Shown one piece after another: positions 46,001 to 59,400 of a DNA stretch of 64,000 nucleotides (position 1 is its first letter; each line of letters begins with the position of its first letter). The notes under the pieces are model-generated. The model saw only the letters and a list, made by a program, of their open reading frames with translations. It was not told where the DNA came from and did no database searches. Origin of the DNA: Eledone cirrhosa (lineage: Eukaryota); the NCBI GenBank assembly GCA_964016885.1, contig OZ024743.1, positions 129,828,001 to 129,892,000 of the forward strand. Direction: 5' to 3'. Both the position numbers and the translations under genes were made by a program.

Positions 46001-47445
46001 AACACCAAGCACCAAGCACCAAACACCAAGCACCAAGCACCAAGCACCAAACACCAAACACCTAACACCAAGCACCAAGCACCGAGCACCAAACACCAAG
46101 CACCAAACACCAAGCACCAAGCACCAAGCACCAAACACCAAGAACCAAGCACCAAGCACCAAGCACCAAGTACAAACACCAAGCACCAAACACCAAACAC
46201 CAAGCACCAAGCACCAAGCATCAAATACCAAGCATCAAAAACCAAACACCAAAGACCAAGCACCAAACACCAAGCACCCTGCACCAAACACCAAGCACCA
46301 ATAACCAAGCACCAAACATGAAGCACCAAGCTCCAAGCACCAAACACCAAGCACCAAACACCAAACACCAAGCACCATGCACCAAGCACCAAACACCAAA
46401 CCCAAAGCACCAAGCACCAAACACCAAACACCAAGCACTAAACACCAAGCACCAAGCACCAAACAACAAGCACCAGGCACCAAACACCAAGCACCAAGCA
46501 CCAAACGCCAAGCACCAAACACCAAGCACCAAGCACCAAGCACCAAACACCAAACGGCAAACACCAAACACCAAACAGCAAACAGCAAACACCAAACATC
46601 AAGCACCAATCACCAAACAACAAGCACCAGGAACCAAGCACTAAACACCAAACACCAAGCACCAAGCACCAAACACCAAACACCAAGCACCAAGCACCAA
46701 ACACCAAGCACCAAAGACCAAACACCAAACAGCAAACACCAAACACGAAACAGCAAACACCATACAGCAAACACCAAACACCAAAAAGCAGACACCAAAC
46801 AGCAAACACCAAACACCAAACACCAAACAGCAAACAGCAAACACCAAACACCAAGCACCAAACACCAAGTACCAAGCACCAAACACCAAGCACCAAGCAC
46901 CAAACACCAAACCCCAAGCACCAAGCACCAAACACTAATCACCAAGCACCAAGCACAAAGCACCAAACACCAAGCACCAAGAACCAACCACCAAACACCA
47001 AACACCAAGCACCAAAGACCAAGCACCAAGCACCAAGCACCAAACACCAAGCACCAAGCACAAAACACCAAGCACCAAGCACCAAACACCAACCACCCAG
47101 CACCAAGCACCAAACACCAATCACCAAGCACCAAACACCAAGCCCCAAGCACCAAGCACCTTACACCAAGCACCAAGCACCAAGAACCTAGCACCAAAAA
47201 CCAAACACCAAGCACCAAACACCAAACACCAAACACCAAACACCAAACACCATGCACCAAGCACCAATCACCAAACAACAAGCACCAGGCACCAAGCACC
47301 AAACACCAAACACAAAGCACCAAGCACCAATCACCAAACAACAAGCACCAAGCACCAAACACCAAACACCAAGCACCAAGCACCAAACACCAAGCACCAA
47401 GCACCAAACACCAAGCACCAAAGACGAAAGACCAAACAGGAAACA
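43090..47445. repeat. ~2,154-bp tandem higher-order duplication
   Basis: ORF pairs 43775/45929, 44067/46221, 44781/46935 and 45098/47252 have offset 2154; 43282/45443 has 2161. Shared private variants include CACCAAT-AACCAAG, CCCAAAG and CACCAGG-AACCAAG. Confidence 0.92.
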
Positions 47446-50400
47446 GCAAACACCATACAGCAAACACCAAACACCAAGCACCAAGCACCAAACACCAAGC
47501 ACCAAGCACCAAACACCAAACCCCAAGCACCAAGCACCAAACACTAATCACCAAGCACCAAGCACCAAACACCAAGCACCAAGCACCAAACACCAAACAC
47601 CAAGCACCAAAGACCAAGCACCAAGCACCAAGCACCAAACACCAAGCACCAAGCACCAAACACCAAGCACCAAGCACCAAACGCCAACCACCCAGCACCA
47701 AGCACCAAGCACCAAACACAAAACACCAAGCACCAGGCACCAAGCACCAAGCACCAAACACCAAACACCAAACACCAAGCACCAAGCACCAACCACCAAA
47801 CACCAAGTACCAAGCACCAAACACCAAGCACCAAACACCAAGCACCAAGCACCAAGCACCTAGCACCTAACACCAAACACCAAGCACCAAGCACCAAACA
47901 CCAAGCACCAATCACCAAGCACCAAACACCAAGCAGCAAGCAGCAAGCACCAAACACCAAACACCAAGCACCAAGCACCAAATACCAAGCACCAAGCACC
48001 AAACACCTAACACCTTACACCAAGCACCGAGCACCAAGCACGAAGCACCAAACACCAGGCACCAAACTCCAAACACCAAGCACCAAGCACCAAACACCAG
48101 GCACCAAGCACCAAACACCAAGCACCAAGCACCAAACACCAAGCACCAAGCACCAAACACCAAACACCAAGCACCAAACACCTAACACCAAGCACCAAGC
48201 ACCAAGCACCAAACACCAAGCACCAAACACCAAACACCAAGTAACAAGCACCAAGCACCAAGCACCAAGCACCAAACACCAAGAACCAAGCACCAAACTC
48301 CAAGCACCAAGCACCAAGTACAAACACCAAGCACCAAACACCAAACACCAAGCACCAAGCACCAAGCATCAAAAACCATGCATCAAAAACCAAACACCTA
48401 ACACCAAGCACCAAACACCAAGCACCAAGCACCAAGCACCAAGCACCCAGCACCAAACACCAAGCACCAATCATCAAGCACCAAACACGAAGCACCAAGC
48501 TCCAAGCACCAAACACCAAGCACCAAAAACCAAACACCAAGCACCATGCACCAAGCACCAAACACCAAACACCAAGCACCAAGCACCAAACACCAAACAC
48601 CAAGCACCAAACACCAAACACCAAACACCAAACACCAAGCACCAACACCAAACAACATGCACCAGGCACCAAACACCAAGCACCAAACACCAAACACCAA
48701 GCACCAAAGACCAAGCACCAAGCACCAAGCACCAAACACCAAGCACCAAGCACCAAGCACCAAACACCAAGCACCAAGCACCAAACACCAACCACCCATC
48801 ACCAAGCACCAAGCACCAAGCACCAAACACCAAACACCAACCACCAAGCACCAAGCACCAAACACCAAGCACCAAGCACCAAGCACCAAACACCAAGCCC
48901 CAAGCACCAAGCACCTTACACCAAGCACCAAACACCAAGCACCAAGCACCTAGCACCAAAAACCAAACACCAAGCACCAAACACCAAACACCAAACACCA
49001 AGCACCAAGCACCAATCACCAAACAACAAGCACCAGGCTCCAAGCACCAAACACCAAACACCAAGCACCAAGTACCAAAGACCAAACACCAAGCACCAAG
49101 CACCAAACACGAAGCACCAAAGACCAAACACCAAACAGCAAACACCAAACACCAAACAGCAAACACCAAACACGAAACACCAAACAGCAAACACCAAACA
49201 CGAAACAGCAAACACCATACAGCAAACACCAAACACCAAAAAGCAGACACCAAACAGCAAACACCAAGCACCAAACACCAAACACCAAGTACCAAGCACC
49301 AAACACCAAGCACCAAGCACCAAACACCAAACCCCAAGCACCGAGCACCAAACACTAATCACCAAGCACCAAGCACCAAGCACCAAGCACCAAACACCAA
49401 AGACCAAGCACCAAAGACCAAGCACCAAGCACCAAGCACCAAACACCAAGCACCAAGCACCAAGCACCAAACACCAAGCACCAAGCACCAAACACCAACC
49501 ACCTAGCACCAAGCACCAAGCGCAAAACACCAAGAACCAAGCACCAAACACCAAGCACCAAGCACAAAGTACAAACAACAAGCACCAAGCACCAAACACC
49601 AAGCATCAAACACCAAACACCAAAGACCAAGCACCAAGCACCAAACACCAAGCACCAAGCACCAAGCACCAAACACCAAACACCAAGCACCAAGCACCAA
49701 GCACCAAACACCAAGAACCAAGCACCAAACACCAAGCACCAAGCACCAAGTACAAACAACAAGCACCAAGCACCAAGCACCAAACACCAAGCACCAAGCA
49801 CCAAGCACCAAACACCAAACACCAAACACCAAGCACCAAGCACCAAGCACCAAACACCAAGCACCAAACACCAAGCACCAGGCACCAAACACCAAACACA
49901 AAGCACCAAGCACCAAGCATCAAACACCAAGCATCAAAAACCAAACACCAAACAGCAAACACCAAACACCAAACACCAAACATCAAACGACAAACACCAA
50001 ACACCAAGCACCAAGCACCAAGCACCAAGCACAAAGCACCAAGCAACAAACACAAAGCACCAAGCACCAAGCACCAAACAGCAAACACCAAACACCAAAC
50101 AGCAAACAGCAAACACCAAACACCAAACAGCAAACACTAAACACCAAACACCAAACACCAAGCACCAAGCACCAAACACCAAGCACCAAGCAACAAGCAC
50201 CAATCACCAAGCACCAAGCACCAAACACCAAACACCAAGAACCAAGCACCAAACACCAAACACCAAGCACCAAGCACCAAACACCAAACACCAAGCACCA
50301 GTCACCAAGCACCAAGCACCAAGCACCAAGCACCAAACACCAAGCACCAAGCAACAAGCACCAAACACCAAATACCAAGCACCAAACACCAAACACCAAG

Positions 50401-53400
50401 CACCAAGCACCAAACACCAAGCACCAAGCACCAAGCACCAAACACCAAGCACCAAGCACCAAGCACCCAGCGCCAAACACCAAACATCAAACAGCAAACA
50501 GCAAACAGCAAACAACAAACACCAAACGCCAAACAGCAAATGCCAAACACCAAACGCCAAACAGCAAGCACCAAAAACCAAACACCAAACACCAAGCACC
50601 AAGCACCAAAAACCAAACACCAAGCACCAAGCACTAAACACCAAACACCAAGCACCAATCACCAAGCACCAAACACCAAGAACCAAACACCAAGCACCAG
50701 ACACCAAGCACCAAGCACCAAGCACCAAGCACCAAACACCAAGCACCAAGCACCAAACACCAAGCACCAAGCGCCAAACACCAAACACCAAGCACCAAGC
50801 CCCAAATACCAAGCACCAAGCACCAAGCACCAAACACCAAACACCAAACACCAAACACCAAACAGCAAACAGCAAACACCAAACACCAAACACCAAAGAG
50901 CAAACAGCAAACACCAAACACCAAACAGCAACCAGCAAACACCAAACACCAAACACCAAACAGCAAACGCCAAACATCAAATGCCAAACACCAAACGCCA
51001 AACAGCAAACGCCAAACACCAAACGCAAATCAGCAAGCACCAAGCACCAAACACCAAACACCAAGCACCAAACACCAAACACCAAACACCAAGCACCAAG
51101 CACCAAACACCAAACACCAAGCACCAAGCACCAAACACCAAGAACCAAGCACCAAGCACTAAACACCAAACACCAAGCACCAAGCACCAAACACCAAACA
51201 CCAAGCACCAAGCACCAAACACCAAACACCACACACCAAGCACCAAGCACCAAACCCCAAGCACCAGACACCAAGCACCAATCAACAAACACCAAATACC
51301 AAGCACCAAGCACTAAACACCAAAAACCAAGCACCAAGCACAAAGGACCAAGCACCAAACACCAAATGCCAATCACCAAACACCAAGCACCAAGCACCAA
51401 ACACCAAGCACCAAGCGCCAAAGACCAAACACCAAGCACCAAGCACCAAACACCAAGCACCAAGCTCCGAGCACCAAACACCAAGCACCAAGCACCAATC
51501 ACCAAATACCAAGCACCTAGCACCAAACACCAAACACCAAGCACCAAGCACCAAACACCAAATACCAAGCACCAAGCACTAAACACCAAACACCAAGCAC
51601 CAAGCACCAAGCACCTAGCACCAAGCACCAAACACCAAGCACCAATCACCAAACACCAAACACAAAACACCAAGTACCAAGCACCAAACAACAAACACCA
51701 AACACCAAGCACCAAGCACCAAACACCAAGCATCAAGCACCAAGCACCAAACAACAAGCACCAAGCACCAAGAACCTAACACCAAGCACCAAGCACCAAA
51801 CACCAAACGCCTAGCACCAAGCACCAAACACCAAGCACCAAGCACAAAGCACCAAAAGCCAAGCACCAAGCACCAAGCACCAAACACCAAACAGCAAGCA
51901 CCAAGTACCACACATCAAACACCAAGCACCAAACACCAAACACCAGGCCCAAACTCCAAGCACCAATCACCAAGCACCAAGCACCAAGCACCAAGCACCA
52001 AGCACCAAACACCAAGCACCAAGCGCCAAACACCAAACACCAAGCACCAAGCACAAAGCACCAATCACCAAACACCAAGCACCAAGCACCAAACACCAAA
52101 CACCAAGCACCAAGCACCAAACACCAAACAACAAGTACGAAGCACAAGCACCAAACACCAAGCACCAAGCACCAAGCACCAAACACCAAACACCAAACAC
52201 CAAAGAGCAAACACCAAACACCAAACATCTAATACAAAACACCAAACAGCAAACACCAAACAGCAAACACCAAACACCAAACAGCAAACACCAAACAGCA
52301 AACACCAAACACCAAATACCAAACAGAAAATGCCAAACATCAAACGACAAACACCAAACGCCAAGCACCAAGCACCAAGCACCAAGCACAAAGCACCAAG
52401 CACCAAACACCAAGCACCAAGCACCAAGCACCAAACACCAAGCACCACGCACCAAACACCAAACACCAAACACCAAGCTCCAAGCACCAAACCCCAAGCA
52501 CCAGACACCAAGCACCAATCAACAAACACCAAATACCAAGCACCAAGCACCAAAAACCAAGCACCAAGCACAAAGCACCAAGCACCAAACACCAAATGCC
52601 AAACACCAAACACCAAGCACCAAGCACCAATCACCAAGCACCAAGCGCCAAAGACCAAGCACCAAGCACCAAGCACCAAACACCAAGCACCAAGCTCCGA
52701 GCAACAAACACCAAGCACCAAGCACCAAGCACCAAATACCAAGCACCTAGCACCAAACATCAAACACCAAGCACCAAGCACCAAACACCAAACACCAAGC
52801 ACCAAGCACCAAACACCAAACACCAAGCACCAAGCACCAAACACCAAGAACCAAGCACCAAGCACTAAACACCAAACACCAAGCACCAAGCACCAAACAC
52901 CAAACACCAAGCACCAAGAACCAAACACCAAACACCACACACCAAGCACCAAGCACCAAACCCCAAGCACCAGACACCAAGCACCAATCAACAAACACCA
53001 AATACCAAGCACCAAGCACCAAACACCAAAAACCAAGCACCAAGCACAAAGCACCAAGCACCAAACACCAAATGCCAAACACCAAACACCAAGCACCAAG
53101 CACCAAACGCCTAGCACCAAGCACCAAACACCAAGCACCAAACACCAGGCACCAAACTCCAAACACCAAGCACCAAGCACCAAACACCAGGCACCAAGCA
53201 CCAAACACCAAGCACCAAGCACCAAACACCAAGCACCAAGCACCAAACACCAAACACCAAGCACCAAACACCTAACACCAAGCACCAAGCACCAAGCACC
53301 AAACACCAAGCACCAAACACCAAACACCAAGTAACAAGCACCAAGCACCAAGCACCAAGCACCAAACACCAAGAACCAAGCACCAAACTCCAAGCACCAA

Positions 53401-56400
53401 GCACCAAGTACAAACACCAAGCACCAAACACCAAACACCAAGCACCAAGCACCAAGCATCAAACACCATGCATCAAAAACCAAACACCTAACACCAAGCA
53501 CCAAACACCAAGCACCAAGCACCAAGCACCAAGCACCCAGCACCAAACACCAAGCACCAATCATCAAGCACCAAACACGAAGCACCAAGCTCCAAGCACC
53601 AAACACCAAGCACCAAAAACCAAACACCAAGCACCATGCACCAAGCACCAAACACCAAACACCAAACACCAAGCACCAAGCACCAAACACCAAACACCAA
53701 GCACCAAACACCAAACACCAAACACCAAACACCAAGCACCAACACCAAACAACATGCACCAGGCACCAAACACCAAGCACCAAACACCAAACACCAAGCA
53801 CCAAAGACCAAGCACCAAGCACCAAGCACCAAACACCAAGCACCAAGCACCAAGCACCAAATTCCAAACACCAAGCACCAAACACCAACCACCCATCACC
53901 AAGCACCAAGCACCAAGCACCAAACACCAAACACCAAGCACCAAGCACCAAGCACCAAACACCAAGCACCAAGCACCAAGCACCAAACACCAAGCCCCAA
54001 GCACCAAGCACCTTACACCAAGCACCAAACACCAAGCACCAAGCACCTAGCACCAAAAACCAAACACCAAGCACCAAACACCAAACACCAAACACCAAGC
54101 ACCAAGCACCAATCAGCAAACAACAAGCACCAGGCTCCAAGCACCAAACACCAAACACCAAGCACCAAGTACCAAAGACCAAACACCAAGCACCAAGCAC
54201 CAAACACGAAGCACCAAAGACCAAACACCAAACACCAAACACGAAACACCAAACAGCAAACACTAAACACGAAACAGCAAACACCATACAGCAAACACCA
54301 AACACCAAAAAGCAGACACCAAACAGCAAACACCAAGCACCAAACACCAAACACCAAGTACCAAGCACCAAACACCAAGCACCAAGCACCAAACACCAAA
54401 CCCCAAGCACCGAGCACCAAACACTAATCACCAAGCACCAAGCACCAAGCACCAAGCACCAAACACCAAAGACCAAGCACCAAAGACCAAGCACCAAGCA
54501 CCAAGCACCAAACACCAAGCACCAAGCACCAAGCACCAAACACCAAGCACCAAGCACCAAACACCAACCACCTAGCACCAAGCACCAAGCGCAAAACACC
54601 AAGAACCAAGCACCAAACACCAAACACCAAGCACCAAGCACAAAGTACAAACAACAAGCACCAAGCACCAAACACCAAGCATCAAACACCAAACACCAAA
54701 GACCAAGCACCAAGCACCAAACACCAAGCACCAAGCACCAAGCACCAAACACCAAACACCAAGCACCAAGCACCAAGCACCAAACACCAAGAACCAAGCA
54801 CCAAACACCAAGCACCAAGCACCAAGTACAAACAACAAGCATCAAGCACCAAGCACCAAACACCAAGCACCAAGCACCAAGCACCAAGAAACAAACACCA
54901 AGCACCAAACACCAAGCACCAGGCACCAAACACCAAACACCAAGCACCAAGCACCAAGCATCAAACACCAAGCATCAAAAACCAAACACCAAACAGCAAA
55001 CACCAAACACCAAACACCAAACAGAAATAGCTAAACATCAAACGACAAACACCAAACACCAAGCACCAAGCACCAAGCACCAAGCACAAAGCACCAAGCA
55101 ACAAACACAAAGCACCAAGCACCAAGCACCAAACAGCAAACAGCAAACACCAAACAGCAAACAGCAAACACCAAACACCAAACAGCAAACAGCAAACACC
55201 AAGCACCAAGCACCAAACACCAAACACCAAGCACCAAGCACCAAAGACCAAACACCAAGTACCAAGCACCAAGCACCAAACACCAAGCACCAAGCAACAA
55301 GCACCAATCACCAAGCACCAAGCACCAAACACCAAACACCAAGAACCAAGCACCAAACACCAAACACCAAGCACCAAGCACCAAACACCAAACACCAAGC
55401 ACCAGTCACCAAGCACCAAGCACCAAGCACCAAGCACCAAACACCAAGCACCAAGCAACAAGCACCAAACACCAAATACCAAGCACCAAACACCAAACAC
55501 CAAGCACCAAGCACCAAACACCAAGCACCAAGCACCAAGCACCAAACACCAAGCACCAAGCACCAAGCACCCAGCGCCAAACACCAAACATCAAACAGCA
55601 AACAGCAAACAGCAAACAACAAACACCAAACGCCAAACAGCAAACGCCAAACACCAAACGCCAAACAGCAAGCACCAAAAACCAAACACCAAACACCAAG
55701 CACCAAGCACCAAAAACCAAACACCAAGCACCAAGCACTAAACACCAAACACCAAGCACCAAGCACCAAGCACCAAACACCAAGAACCAAACACCAAGCA
55801 CCAAACACCAAGCACCAAGCACCAAACACCAAACCCCAAGCACCAAGCACCAAACACTAATCACCAAGCACCAAGCACAAAGCACCAAACACCAAGCACC
55901 AAGAACCAACCACCAAACACCAAACACCAAGCACCAAAGACCAAGCACCAAGCACCAAGCACCAAACACCAAGCACCAAGCACCAAACACCAAGCACCAA
56001 GCACCAAACACCAACCACCCAGCACCAAGCACCAAACACCAATCACCAAGCACCAAACACCAAGCCCCAAGCACCAAGCACCTTACACCAAGCACCAAGC
56101 ACCAAGAACCTAGCACCAAAAACCAAACACCAAGCACCAAACACCAAACACCAAACACCAAACACCAAACACCATGCACCAAGCACCAATCACCAAACAA
56201 CAAGCACCAGGCACCAAGCACCAAACACCAAACACAAAGCACCAAGCACCAATCACCAAACAACAAGCACCAAGCACCAAACACCAAACACCAAGCACCA
56301 AGCACCAAACACCAAGCACCAAGCACCAAACACCAAGCACCAAAGACGAAAGACCAAACAGGAAACACCAAACACCAAACACCAAACACCAAACAGCAAA

Positions 56401-59400
56401 CACCAAACACGAAACAGCAAACACCATACAGCAAACACCAAACACCAAGCACCAAGCACCAAACACCAAGCACCAAGCACCAAACACCAAACCCCAAGCA
56501 CCAAGCACCAAACACTAATCACCAAGCACCAAGCACCAAACACCAAGCACCAAGCACCAAACACCAAACACCAAGCACCAAAGACCAAGCACCAAGCACC
56601 AAGCACCAAACACCAAGCACCAAGCACCAAGCACCAGGCTCCAAGCACCAAGCACCAAACACCAAACACCAAACACCAAGCAGCAAGCACCAACCTCCAA
56701 ACACCAAGTACCAACATCAAACACCAAGCACCAAACACCAAGCACCAAGCACCAAGCACCAAGCACCAAGCACCAAACACCAAACACCAAACACCAAGCA
56801 CCAAGCACCAAGCATCAAACACCAAGCCCCAAGTACCAAGCACCAAACACCAAGCACCAAACACCAAGCACCAAGCACCAAGCACCTAGCACCAAACACC
56901 AAGCACCAATCACCAAGCACCAAACCCCAAGCAGCAAGCAGCAAGCACCAAACACCAAACACCAAGCACCAAGCACCAAAGACCAAGCACCAAGCACCAA
57001 ACACCTAACACCTTACACCAAGCACCAAGCACCAAGCACCAACCACCAAACACCAAGCAACAGGCACCAAGCACCAAACACCAAGCACCAAGCACCAAAC
57101 ACCAAGCACCAAGCACCAAGCACCAAACACCAAACACCTAACACCAAGCACCAAGCACCGAGCACCAAACACCAAGCACCAAACACCAAGCACCAAGCAC
57201 CAAGCACCAAACACCAAGAACCAAGCACCAAGCACCAAGCACCAAGTACAAACACCAAGCACCAAACACCAAACACCAAGCACCAAGCACCAAGCATCAA
57301 ATACCAAGCATCAAAAACCAAACACCAAAGACCAAGCACCAAACACCAAGCACCCTGCACCAAACACCAAGCACCAATAACCAAGCACCAAACATGAAGC
57401 ACCAAGCTCCAAGCACCAAACACCAAGCACCAAACACCAAACACCAAGCACCATGCACCAAGCACCAAACACCAAACCCAAAGCACCAAGCACCAAACAC
57501 CAAACACCAAGCACTAAACACCAAGCACCAAGCACCAAACAACAAGCACCAGGCACCAAACACCAAGCACCAAGCACCAAACGCCAAGCACCAAACACCA
57601 AGCACCAAGCACCAAGCACCAAACACCAAACGGCAAACACCAAACACCAAACAGCAAACAGCAAACACCAAACATCAAGCACCAATCACCAAACAACAAG
57701 CACCAGGAACCAAGCACTAAACACCAAACACCAAGCACCAAGCACCAAACACCAAACACCAAGCACCAAGCACCAAACACCAAGCACCAAAGACCAAACA
57801 CCAAACAGCAAACACCAAACACGAAACAGCAAACACCATACAGCAAACACCAAACACCAAAAAGCAGACACCAAACAGCAAACACCAAACACCAAACACC
57901 AAACAGCAAACAGCAAACACCAAACACCAAGCACCAAACACCAAGTACCAAGCACCAAACACCAAGCACCAAGCACCAAACACCAAACCCCAAGCACCAA
58001 GCACCAAACACTAATCACCAAGCACCAAGCACAAAGCACCAAACACCAAGCACCAAGAACCAACCACCAAACACCAAACACCAAGCACCAAAGACCAAGC
58101 ACCAAGCACCAAGCACCAAACACCAAGCACCAAGCACAAAACACCAAGCACCAAGCACCAAACACCAACCACCCAGCACCAAGCACCAAACACCAATCAC
58201 CAAGCACCAAACACCAAGCCCCAAGCACCAAGCACCTTACACCAAGCACCAAGCACCAAGAACCTAGCACCAAAAACCAAACACCAAGCACCAAACACCA
58301 AACACCAAACACCAAACACCAAACACCATGCACCAAGCACCAATCACCAAACAACAAGCACCAGGCACCAAGCACCAAACACCAAACACAAAGCACCAAG
58401 CACCAATCACCAAACAACAAGCACCAAGCACCAAACACCAAACACCAAGCAACAAGCACCAAACACCAAGCACCAAGCACCAAACACCAAGCACCAAAGA
58501 CGAAAGACCAAACAGGAAACAGCAAACACCATACAGCAAACACCAAACACCAAGCACCAAGCACCAAACACCAAGCACCAAGCACCAAACACCAAACCCC
58601 AAGCACCAAGCACCAAACACTAATCACCAAGCACCAAGCACCAAACACCAAGCACCAAGCACCAAACACCAAACACCAAGCACCAAAGACCAAGCACCAA
58701 GCACCAAGCACCAAACACCAAGCACCAAGCACCAAACACCAAGCACCAAGCACCAAACGCCAACCACCCAGCACCAAGCACCAAGCACCAAACACAAAAC
58801 ACCAAGCACCAGGCACCAAGCACCAAGCACCAAACACCAAACACCAAACACCAAGCACCAAGCACCAACCACCAAACACCAAGTACCAAGCACCAAACAC
58901 CAAGCACCAAACACCAAGCACCAAGCACCAAGCACCTAGCACCTAACACCAAACACCAAGCACCAAGCACCAAACACCAAGCACCAATCACCAAGCACCA
59001 AACACCAAGCAGCAAGCAGCAAGCACCAAACACCAAACACCAAGCACCAAGCACCAAATACCAAGCACCAAGCACCAAACACCTAACACCTTACACCAAG
59101 CACCGAGCACCAAGCACGAAGCACCAAACACCAGGCACCAAACTCCAAACACCAAGCACCAAGCACCAAACACCAGGCACCAAGCACCAAACACCAAGCA
59201 CCAAGCACCAAACACCAAGCACCAAGCACCAAACACCAAACACCAAGCACCAAACACCTAACACCAAGCACCAAGCACCAAGCACCAAACACCAAGCACC
59301 AAACACCAAACACCAAGTAACAAGCACCAAGCACCAAGCACCAAGCACCAAACACCAAGAACCAAGCACCAAACTCCAAGCACCAAGCACCAAGTACAAA

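Noticed and set aside
52065-54971. Hundreds of Trp/Cys/Leu/Val-rich - strand ORFs (e.g. 968 aa) as membrane proteins
   Set aside because: They are translations of (YTTGGTG)n opened mostly at GTG/TTG codons present in every unit, and they overlap in all three frames.
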